The notes under the pieces were generated by a model. The model was not told the DNA's origin and ran no database searches. It saw nothing but the letters and a program-made list of their open reading frames with translations. A stretch of DNA of 23,675 bases from an uncultured Chroococcidiopsis sp. (GTDB lineage: Bacteria > Cyanobacteriota > Cyanobacteriia > Cyanobacteriales > Chroococcidiopsidaceae): NCBI GenBank assembly GCA_964248365.1, contig CAXTYC010000046.1:9306-32980 (forward strand), read 5' to 3'. Each line of letters starts with the position of its first letter. Position 1 is the first letter of the stretch. Of the stretch, positions 1-7,720 are shown piece by piece. The position numbers were made by a program, and so were the translations under genes.

Positions 1-58
1 AATTCGTGAGCGCGAATTCGTGAGCGCGAATTCGTGAGCGCGAATTCGTGAGCGCTCA
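1..58. repeat. 14-bp tandem repeat (AATTCGTGAGCGCG, about 4 copies), candidate centromere (parS/parC-like) upstream of parA
   Basis: Units at 1-14, 15-28, 29-42, 43-55; ends in palindrome TGAGCGCTCA (49-58). Starts at the window edge so may be longer. The repeat is seen directly; the function is inferred from position. Confidence 0.85.
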
Positions 59-152
59 AACGAGGCATCTTGTGCTTTGCTTTAGTAATTCCCACTCGTT
101 TCTGCTTTATAAGTATTCGGTTCCCTCCAGATTCCGTTTGAATTACTAATTA

Positions 153-195
153 TTAACAATAGCTAAATTTAGCCATTTAACAATAGCTAAATTTA
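153..195. promoter_or_regulatory. 19-bp direct repeat pair TTAACAATAGCTAAATTTA, probable operator of the par operon
   Basis: Identical copies at 153-171 and 177-195 (24-bp period); palindrome GCTAAATTTAGC at 162-173; about 75 bp upstream of the likely parA start. Confidence 0.6.
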
Positions 196-270
196 TTCTT
201 TGACAAAATGCGCTATTTGTGTAAAGCTAATAGTAACAAGGCGCGTCTTATTGTTCTAAGTGAAAAAGTT

Positions 271-1047
271 ATGTTGACCATTACCGTATCTTCCTTGTCG
301 GGCGGGCAAGGGAAGACAACGGCAACACTATTTCTGGGACGGATGTTTGTAGAGCTGGGGTATACAGTCTTATTAGTGGATGCCGATCCGCAAGCCAGCC
401 TCACGGTTTACTTGGGTCACGAAGTAGAGGCAAATAGCCCAACTCTTTTGGAGTTAATCAAAAAGACTGTGCCGATAGAAGACACGATCTATGAGCAAGA
501 CGTACATGAAAATTTATTTCTAATTCCTGCCGATGATGCTTTGAATGGAGTTCAGGATTACCTTAGTGCTAGTGGGGTTGGAGCCACGTTACTCAGGCAC
601 CGACTAGAACCTATTGCCAAAGATTTTCAAATTTGCCTAATTGATTCCCCACCGCAACGAACACAGATTGCGCTGACTACAATTGGAGCAGCGGACTACA
701 TACTCATTCCCTGCGAGACAACAGTTAAGGGTTTTGGCTCCCTAGTACGAACTCTAGACTTGGTTAATAATCTCTTGGAAGTTAAAGCTACTGTTGCAGA
801 AATTTTGGGAGTGCTGCCCTTTCGCGATCGCTGGATCGGCATGAACCAGTCAACCGAAAGCCGCATGATTGTTGAAGGGATGATTGAAGAAGTTGGGTTT
901 GAGCTAGTACTGCCATCTATTCGGGAATCGGAACGCTACAAGCAAGCATTGAACAAGCGCGTCAGCGTTAGGGAGCTAGGTTATCCAGACCTGGAATATC
1001 CGTTTGAAGTGTTGTCGCAGAAGATTGTTAAGCACCTGGAGGGCTAA
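271..1047 (+). CDS. parA: ParA-family ATPase, McdA-like (Walker A lacking the signature Lys)
   Basis: Walker A SLSGGQGKTT, A' VLLVDADPQASLT, B LIDSPP. ATG at 271 gives the usual spacing to Walker A; the ORF track start at 208 is probably too long. Confidence 0.92.
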   Translation: MLTITVSSLSGGQGKTTATLFLGRMFVELGYTVLLVDADPQASLTVYLGHEVEANSPTLLELIKKTVPIEDTIYEQDVHENLFLIPADDALNGVQDYLSASGVGATLLRHRLEPIAKDFQICLIDSPPQRTQIALTTIGAADYILIPCETTVKGFGSLVRTLDLVNNLLEVKATVAEILGVLPFRDRWIGMNQSTESRMIVEGMIEEVGFELVLPSIRESERYKQALNKRVSVRELGYPDLEYPFEVLSQKIVKHLEG

Positions 1048-1049
1048 AC

Positions 1050-1535
1050 GTGTCAGATGTTCTGAATCAAATTAAAGCGTCGCGGAATCGCGCTACTGTC
1101 CCTGCGAGAGTTGATTCTCTACTCAAACAAAATCCTACATTCGCTCAAGGATCTGATAGTGTTAGTACACACAAGGCGATCGCTCCTGACTCTTCTGTTG
1201 ACGAAGCCGCTGCCTCAAATACACAACAGCAGCCCCGTACTAATTCAAGTTCGCTCTCCTTTGAAGCTTTACGCGCAGAGCTTGAAAAATATCCTGAGAT
1301 TATCCGTCACTCAGCTATTCGCTTGGAGAAAGAGCTTGACTCTAGATTGACGAGGTTTTGCAAAGAAAATGGATGCACAATTGAGACTTTTCTTGAAGCA
1401 GCTTTTGAAGAGGCGATCGCTGACACAAAGCTATGCGAGAAAATCCTAAGTAATGCTAGGAAGCGCTATGCGAGTCGTAAGAAAGCTGGTAAGCTCCGAC
1501 AGTTGATCACCCAATTAGAGAAGGCAGGAGTCTAA
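1050..1535 (+). CDS. Small ParA partner (McdB-like / RHH-type centromere-binding candidate)
   Basis: GTG start 2 nt after the parA stop; basic N-terminal peptide (KASRNRATVPAR), low-complexity linker, strand-helix-helix pattern (RHSAIRLEKELDSRLTRFCKENGCTIETFLEAAF), C-terminal coiled coil. Confidence 0.75.
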   Translation: MSDVLNQIKASRNRATVPARVDSLLKQNPTFAQGSDSVSTHKAIAPDSSVDEAAASNTQQQPRTNSSSLSFEALRAELEKYPEIIRHSAIRLEKELDSRLTRFCKENGCTIETFLEAAFEEAIADTKLCEKILSNARKRYASRKKAGKLRQLITQLEKAGV

Positions 1536-1652
1536 ACAGCCAAGAACAAACCTGTAATTGCTAACTTTGAATATCATTCTGAAGATAGTACCTAAGTAAT
1601 AAAAAATGCGCTCATAAGTATTAATCAAAGTAGCACTCTTGTAAACTTAGTT

Positions 1653-2090
1653 ATGACGAGACTTACCGTAGAATCTACAGCAGTTCAAAGCTATTTGAAC
1701 ATATTACAAGCAATTATAAGTAGAATGGCAACAAATAGTGCTAATTGTAAAACCTGGTGTGTAACATTAGTTTCTGCCATTCTTGTCATTATTGCTGATA
1801 AAGGAAAGACAGAATATATCTGGATTACTCTCATTCCTGTATTACTTTTCTTCTTTCTTGACGCTTATTATTTAAGCTTAGAAAGAGATTTTCGCTCCTT
1901 ATATAACACATTTATCAGAAAACTTCATACAGGAAATATCTCAGCGGATGAAGTTTTTACTATATCTGTAGATGGTAGTTTTACACATACAGTCACCTCG
2001 GTAACTAACTCTCTGCTTTCACTATCTATTTTTCCGTTCTACACATTTTTACTTGTAATGCTTGTGGTAGCAAGATTTAAAATATTTTAA
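1653..2090 (+). CDS. Small ~3-TM membrane protein, putative effector associated with the TIR gene
   Basis: Hydrophobic segments WCVTLVSAILVII, IWITLIPVLLFFFLDAYYL and LLSLSIFPFYTFLLVMLVV. The motifs RMATNS..K.W and LDAYYL..ER.FR.LY are, from my recollection, typical of small TM proteins found beside DUF1863 TIRs. Confidence 0.75.
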   Translation: MTRLTVESTAVQSYLNILQAIISRMATNSANCKTWCVTLVSAILVIIADKGKTEYIWITLIPVLLFFFLDAYYLSLERDFRSLYNTFIRKLHTGNISADEVFTISVDGSFTHTVTSVTNSLLSLSIFPFYTFLLVMLVVARFKIF

Positions 2091-2123
2091 TTTCTCTAGC
2101 TTTAAAATTAAAATTATATCAAC

Positions 2124-2642
2124 TTACCGAAGAGCTTTCTTTGCCGCCGCTTCTATCCATGAGCTAATGTTTTTGTAACCATTATCAGCTATCCAGTAAT
2201 AGGTTGGGAACAACTCAGAAAAGTACACCTTGCTTTTGATACCTCCAAGCAGAGCCATTCTACGCTCCTCCTCTATATGGAAATTATCGAACGGGTTTTT
2301 GCCCTTAGTGTCAGTCTCACCATGCTCATTCTTAAGGTTATGGATGTAGATTCCGAGAAGCCCCTTTCTACGTCTATAGCTCTCTTCAATTTCGTAATTT
2401 ACCCACTTTCTTTGAGATGTCTCTGCCCCAATCAACACTACTGTAACAGAAGTATTTGTAAGTCCATCATCTATCAATTTTTTTAGAGCAGAGTCGCCCT
2501 TTGTTTTTACCTTTTCCCAAAGCGAAGCATCGTACCAGACTGCTTCTTGTTCACCTGGTTGTACAACCCAACTATTACGAACTTGATTGACGCGCCAAAT
2601 ATCTCGCTGATAATGAAAACTAAAGAATGCACGACGTGCCAT
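2124..2642 (-). CDS. thsB: ThsB-like TIR-domain protein (DUF1863/MTH538 family)
   Basis: N-terminal RRAFFSFHYQRD.WRVNQVRN, SVTVVLIG.ET..RKWVNYEI (catalytic Glu retained), KGLLGIYI, G.NPFD. Confidence 0.9.
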   Translation of the reverse strand: MARRAFFSFHYQRDIWRVNQVRNSWVVQPGEQEAVWYDASLWEKVKTKGDSALKKLIDDGLTNTSVTVVLIGAETSQRKWVNYEIEESYRRRKGLLGIYIHNLKNEHGETDTKGKNPFDNFHIEEERRMALLGGIKSKVYFSELFPTYYWIADNGYKNISSWIEAAAKKALR

Positions 2643-2689
2643 AAGCTAACATCTGTCTCCTGAAAAATTGAAGCAAAAGAGTAAAATGT

Positions 2690-2740
2690 AAAGATGGGAA
2701 TCCCATCTTTATAGTAACTTTATAGTAAAATTATACTAAA
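2690..2740. promoter_or_regulatory. 21-bp palindrome plus three 11-bp AT-rich repeats in the divergent TIR/NACHT promoter region
   Basis: AAAGATGGGA-A-TCCCATCTTT at 2690-2710; TTTATAGTAAC/TTTATAGTAAA/ATTATACTAAA at 2708-2740. Confidence 0.55.
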
Positions 2741-2958
2741 TAAATGTATTGTGGCTAGGACTTTGATTTAACTTGATTTTTAGGGAATCTAGGTTAGACC
2801 CATTCCAGTAGAAACCATAGGTAAAGATGGAAGCTATTGTAAAGTTTTATTTCCCAATCACATAACTTATAGAACTCACAGATAAGTCAAATCTCTACTT
2901 ATACAATGCTCTAGCATCCATCTGCCATGCTAAAGCAGTAAACATTGGTGCAATAGAG

Positions 2959-5418
2959 ATGTCGAAACGCTCACTCAAATTGTCAAGAGAAGGTATTAAA
3001 ATTTCAAACAAGGCTTTGAAGAGTAAGAATTGGTCTAAAGAATATTTGGCAGGTCATCTATCTCTCTCCCCTTCAACAATTCATAACTTTTTCGCTGGAA
3101 AGCCAGTTGACCGGACAAATTTTTTATTAATTTGTGATGCACTGGCTCTGAATATACAGGAAGTTGCTGATTTATTTCCAGATGCGGAAACTGAGCCGGA
3201 TGAGCAAAAACAAGACACTAGCTTTAATATTGATGCACTAGTGCAGGAGGTACGGCAGAAAATACGAGACAGTATTATTACGCGATGCGGCATTATAAGA
3301 GTGCTAGATATGTCTCAACCGATTGGGTTGAATGATATCTATACTAAAGTCAACATCTTGGAGAAAATCACTGGACGTAGACGCAAGGAAATTCCTGAAC
3401 TCCTACTTGAATGCACGAGAGAAAATTTTGACCGCGTTGGACTATCGCGCATTACTGAGGAACGAATACCTGGACTAGATGCTATCTTGAAATATGCACT
3501 GCTTGTAATTTTAGGAAAGCCAGGAGCGGGGAAGACCACCTTTTTGAAGTATTTGGCTATAGAGTGCATATTAGGTGAAGCTTTAGATAAATTAGTGCCA
3601 ATTTTTGTCACTCTTAAAGACTTTGCTCAAGCAGCAAATCAAGTAAGCTTACTAGAGTATATCAATCAGCAATTTGACGAATGTGGAGTATCATCTGCTC
3701 AAGTTGCTAACTTATTGACTTCAGGCAGAGTTTTATTTCTACTAGATGGACTAGATGAAGTTCAAGAAAAAGATACTCTCAGGATTTTCAACCAAATCAG
3801 TGAACTGTCTAACCAAAACAAGGATAATCACTTTGTTATTACTTGCCGGATTGCAGCTAAGGAATATACTTTAGAAAAGTTTACCGAGGTAGAAGTTGCC
3901 GATTTTGACGAGTCACAGATCCAAACATTTGTTACCAAATGGTTCAAAGCGAAAGATGACGATTTAGACCAGCAGTTTCTCCAATGCCTCAAAGAAAATA
4001 AGCCAATTCAAGAACTGGCAAGCAATCCTTTGCTACTGACATTACTGTGTTTAGAGTTTGAAGATGCTGGTGACTTTCCCAATGACCGAGCAGAGTTATA
4101 TAAAAGGGCAACTAATACTCTACTAAGAAAGTGGGATGCTAAGCGTGGGATTCAGCGCGATATTGTTTACCACCAGCTATCCGTCCAGCGCAAGGAAAAT
4201 TTACTTAGCCACATTGCTATAACTACTTTTGAAAAAGGAGATTACTTTTTAAAGCAGAGACAGGTGGAGCAGTATATTGCTGATTACATTCAGAATTTGA
4301 CTGAAAAGAAAGCTGACCAAGAAACACTACAGTTAGATAGCGAAGCCGTGCTGAAATCTATAGAAGCACAGCATGGATTATTAGTGGAACGAGCGCGGGG
4401 AATTTATTCATTTTCCCATCTGACATTTCAGGAATATTTTACAGCTAGAAGTATTGTCAACAGTGCCAATCCACGAGCCTCCGACGATCCTGCTTTGCGA
4501 GGTCTGCTTTGGCATACTTTTGAGAAACGTTGGCGTGAGGTTTTTCTGCTAGTAACTGAGATGTTGTCTAGTGCAGACATTTTATTGCTGTTGATGAAGC
4601 ACACTATTGATATGTGGGCATCACAATATCGACCCTTGCAAGAGCTTTTAACTTGGGCAAGTCAAAAAGCTCGTGAAGTTTCTACTCCTTACTTTGAAGC
4701 AACAGTAAGAGCTTTTTATTTATGTCTTGTTGTTGGAATTCACATCATTGACAATTGCGATTACCCTTTTAACAAAGTTTGGCAGATTGGGGAAATATGC
4801 GCTCTTTTGTCAGCACTTGATAACAGGATCAGCTTGGATTTTTATCACGGTTGTGCTTTAGGATTTGGTATGGGTAGTTTTCATGGCTCTCTCGACCCCA
4901 GCCTTGATCTTGACTTGAATTTATGTCATGCTCGCGCCCAAGCCTCTTTAATCGGTCGTACTGCCTCTTTAGAAGCTACGGAATTTTCTAATTTTCTTGA
5001 TGAAACTGACCGCGACCATTTGTTAGACGATACTAACTTTTATACTCTCACTGATGCTTTGTATAAAGTGTTTAGCTGTAAAATTGACAGCGATTTAGAT
5101 TCATCTCTACTGTCACTAGATAATGAATTACCTCAAGGTGTATATGATGATTGGGAGAGATATGATGAATGGCGAAAAAATAGAAGTTTATCTTGGGCTG
5201 AGGAGTTAAGAGCAGTAATTATGAAGCACCGCAACATAGATTATAAGTGGCAATTGACTGATGAGGATTGGGCGCTATTGAGAGCATATTGCTATGCAAA
5301 TGGCTTGTTATTAAATTGCTTGAATAGCGAGTGCTATTGTTTGCGTGAGGTACGACAGGCAATCCAATCAACTTTATTATTGCCATTTAATGAGATTGAA
5401 AAGCTCTTACAAGCTTAG
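2959..5418 (+). CDS. NACHT (STAND) NTPase with N-terminal XRE-like HTH and C-terminal helical (NCH2-type) domain
   Basis: HTH WSKEYLAGHLSLSPSTIHNFFAGKPV; Walker A GKPGAGKTT; Walker B FLLDGLDE; ITCR sensor; NPLLL; YSFSHLTFQEYFTA; C-terminal HRNI...W.....L..Y.YAN.LLLNCLNS, typical of cyanobacterial NACHTs. Confidence 0.93.
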   Translation: MSKRSLKLSREGIKISNKALKSKNWSKEYLAGHLSLSPSTIHNFFAGKPVDRTNFLLICDALALNIQEVADLFPDAETEPDEQKQDTSFNIDALVQEVRQKIRDSIITRCGIIRVLDMSQPIGLNDIYTKVNILEKITGRRRKEIPELLLECTRENFDRVGLSRITEERIPGLDAILKYALLVILGKPGAGKTTFLKYLAIECILGEALDKLVPIFVTLKDFAQAANQVSLLEYINQQFDECGVSSAQVANLLTSGRVLFLLDGLDEVQEKDTLRIFNQISELSNQNKDNHFVITCRIAAKEYTLEKFTEVEVADFDESQIQTFVTKWFKAKDDDLDQQFLQCLKENKPIQELASNPLLLTLLCLEFEDAGDFPNDRAELYKRATNTLLRKWDAKRGIQRDIVYHQLSVQRKENLLSHIAITTFEKGDYFLKQRQVEQYIADYIQNLTEKKADQETLQLDSEAVLKSIEAQHGLLVERARGIYSFSHLTFQEYFTARSIVNSANPRASDDPALRGLLWHTFEKRWREVFLLVTEMLSSADILLLLMKHTIDMWASQYRPLQELLTWASQKAREVSTPYFEATVRAFYLCLVVGIHIIDNCDYPFNKVWQIGEICALLSALDNRISLDFYHGCALGFGMGSFHGSLDPSLDLDLNLCHARAQASLIGRTASLEATEFSNFLDETDRDHLLDDTNFYTLTDALYKVFSCKIDSDLDSSLLSLDNELPQGVYDDWERYDEWRKNRSLSWAEELRAVIMKHRNIDYKWQLTDEDWALLRAYCYANGLLLNCLNSECYCLREVRQAIQSTLLLPFNEIEKLLQA

Positions 5419-5440
5419 TTGTCACTTGCTGCGTTAGCTA

Positions 5441-5544
5441 GGGGTGTAGTCATAACCCTTGGTGAGAGAAATAGCTCAACACTCAATAATTGACAAGCGC
5501 TATGGTTGCATGGATGTCAGACTAACTATCTTTGACTACACCCC
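5441..5544. mobile_element. 104-bp MITE-like element, 12-bp TIR GGGGTGTAGTCA, TA target duplication
   Basis: Perfect 17-bp inverted repeat 5436-5452 / 5533-5549 including the flanking AGCTA/TAGCT; too short to encode a transposase. Confidence 0.65.
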
Positions 5545-5607
5545 TAGCTGTCCCATGAACTAGTTGTGACCATACCCTGCTGCTAAGTAGGAAGACAGAA
5601 ATAATTA

Positions 5608-5676
5608 CACGGCAGGCTTTGGGTCAAGTCGAAGTATAGTAAGGTTTGGTCGCGTAATCTATATAAGCCTGCCGTG
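5608..5676. mobile_element. 69-bp MITE-like element, TIR CACGGCAGGCTT, flanked by TAATTA on both sides
   Basis: Perfect 20-bp inverted repeat 5600-5619 / 5665-5684 with a 45-nt loop. Confidence 0.6.
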
Positions 5677-5796
5677 TAATTATTAGCGTCCAGGTACATA
5701 CCTTCATACTCTCATCTTACCATGATAAAATATAGGTATACCTTGATAGCTGACTGGGGTTTATTACCTAAATTTTACCTAAATAAGTACCAAGAC

Positions 5797-6360
5797 ATGA
5801 GCAATACAGGGCGCGACAAGAAGCTGGCATCATTTAACTGCGATGAGGATTTGTGGTCTTCTTTCAGGAGCCGCTGCTCTGAGCAGGGGACAACAGCAAC
5901 GGCGACACTCACCAGTTTTATCCAACTCTATTTGGATGGCAAGTTAGATAATCTAGATGCTGATGCGTTGGGCGAGCGCATAGACAAACGAGTTAGGGCA
6001 AGTGTAGACGAGTATCTAACCGCTCACCCATTGCGTCGGGAGGTGGCTGCTTTATCAGAGAAGATTGCTAACCTGGAGGGGCAATTAAGCGCAAACCTCA
6101 CCCGCACTAATACTAAGCCAACAACTTTCAAGAAAGAACGCTCTGAATGGTTTATTCAGGAGCGAGCTAAATATTTGGGGGTTAGATTAAATGCCGACCA
6201 ACTCATGAAGGTAGAAATGTTTGCAGCAGATGCCTATAAAGATCGTCACTCTAAACTACCTATTAAAAAACTCGTAAGAGGGCTGCCTGCTTCTGTCTAC
6301 CCAGCAGCAGACGTTGATATTCTAGATTCGCTGATTCGAGGTGTGGCAACTAGAGGATAA
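5797..6360 (+). CDS. Putative DNA-binding protein with N-terminal RHH/CopG-like domain and coiled coil
   Basis: KLASFNCDEDLWSSFRSRCSEQGTTATATLTSFIQLYL fits a strand-helix-helix pattern; EVAALSEKIANLEGQL coiled coil; ATG 5797 preferred over 5722. Confidence 0.65.
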   Translation: MSNTGRDKKLASFNCDEDLWSSFRSRCSEQGTTATATLTSFIQLYLDGKLDNLDADALGERIDKRVRASVDEYLTAHPLRREVAALSEKIANLEGQLSANLTRTNTKPTTFKKERSEWFIQERAKYLGVRLNADQLMKVEMFAADAYKDRHSKLPIKKLVRGLPASVYPAADVDILDSLIRGVATRG

Positions 6361-6639
6361 GGCATCGAGACTATTAGCCGAACCTCTCACCACAACGACA
6401 TCTGCCAAGCGCGAGACATTGGCTCGTTTGGCTTGTGCGTGCAGCGCCCTTGTGACAAAAACATATACTACACGGTGAAGTGATATACATCATCACCACC
6501 GCCCACTCAAGACCCCTTTTGCCAAGCGTGGCAATAACTTGAGTCAAATGGGTGTTGAGAAGTGATATTCTCGCAATGCTTTTTTTCGGGTGGGGTTTGC
6601 GCGAGAATATTTAATTAATAGTTGACAGAGCTATGAAGA

Positions 6640-7620
6640 GTGAAAAGTAACGCTTACGCTTTTCTACCCGACAATAAGACGCTGGTATTAGCCAAACCGT
6701 TACCGCTAACAATGCATCCAGCCCAAGTCTACTTGGCTTCTTTGGGAGCGGGGTCGAGGCGGACGATGCGCGAGGCGTTAAATGCGATCGCTCATTTGCT
6801 AACTAATGGAAATTGTGATGCATTAACTTTAGATTGGGCAGCTTTGCGCTATCAACATACGGCAGCAGTGCGCTCGGTGCTGATGGAGAAGTACAGTCCC
6901 GCTACTGCTAATAAAATGCTGTGTGCGTTGCGGCGGACTTTGAAAGAAGCACGGCGACTGGGGTTGATGGCAGCTTCTGACTATGACGCTGCTTCCGATG
7001 TTGAATCGGTTAGGGGAGAGAGGTTACTACGGGGACGGGCGCTCTCTGGGTCAGAGATTGCTGCACTGATGGATACTTGTACAAATGACCCCACAGCAGT
7101 GGGAGTCAGGGATGCAGCAATGTTGGCGATTTTGATGGTGGGGTTGCGACGCAGTGAAGTAGTGAAACTTGACTTGAAAGATTTCAACCACCGCACTAGG
7201 GCGCTAACAATTCGAGGGGCTAAGGGTCGCAAAGAGCGAATGAATTATTTGCCCGTTGCAGCGGTAATGGCTGTAGAAGATTGGTTGGTTATCCGAGGAA
7301 AAGCACCAGGACCACTGCTATATCCTTTAGATAAAGCCAAGCGCATTATAACTCGCCGCATGAGCGAGCAGGGGGTAATGACAGCGCTGCAAAGAAGAGG
7401 GAAAAAAGCCGGGATAGCACCGTTTTCTCCTCATGACTTGAGAAGGACGTTTATTAGTGACCTACTGGATGCGGGGGCAGACATTGTTACTGTATCCCAG
7501 CTGGCAGGTCATGCGAATCCCAGCACTACGTCTAGATACGATAGACGTGGGGAAGCGGCAAAGCGTAAGGCAATTGATTTATTGAATGTACCTTACAGTG
7601 GGCATCCAACTCAAATTTAA
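6640..7620 (+). CDS. Tyrosine recombinase (XerC/D-like, probable plasmid multimer resolvase)
   Basis: Catalytic set intact: GLRRSE (R), GAKGRK (K), HDLRR (H-x-x-R), AGH (H), TTSRYDRR (Y). Confidence 0.95.
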   Translation: MKSNAYAFLPDNKTLVLAKPLPLTMHPAQVYLASLGAGSRRTMREALNAIAHLLTNGNCDALTLDWAALRYQHTAAVRSVLMEKYSPATANKMLCALRRTLKEARRLGLMAASDYDAASDVESVRGERLLRGRALSGSEIAALMDTCTNDPTAVGVRDAAMLAILMVGLRRSEVVKLDLKDFNHRTRALTIRGAKGRKERMNYLPVAAVMAVEDWLVIRGKAPGPLLYPLDKAKRIITRRMSEQGVMTALQRRGKKAGIAPFSPHDLRRTFISDLLDAGADIVTVSQLAGHANPSTTSRYDRRGEAAKRKAIDLLNVPYSGHPTQI

Positions 7621-7720
7621 TTAAGAGTCACGCATTTGACTCCGACAAATAAACCCAATCATCGGCTGGATTTATAATTCATCGCCGTTCCCTCGTGACC
7701 ACACCCCTACTCGTACTAAA

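Noticed and set aside
1..58. CRISPR array, lac operator or synthetic linker (resembles AATTGTGAGCGCTCAC; repeated EcoRI sites)
   Set aside because: No spacers and no cas genes; the lacO match is interrupted and no vector sequence is adjacent.
208..270. N-terminal extension of ParA from the ORF track
   Set aside because: ATG 271 gives the normal distance to Walker A; the extension overlaps probable promoter sequence.
271..1535. True carboxysome-positioning mcdAB
   Set aside because: Plasmid context, no carboxysome genes, and the partner lacks the C-terminal Trp.
6640..7620. Integron integrase or prophage integrase
   Set aside because: No IntI-specific insertion evident, no attC cassette array, no phage genes and no tRNA attachment site.
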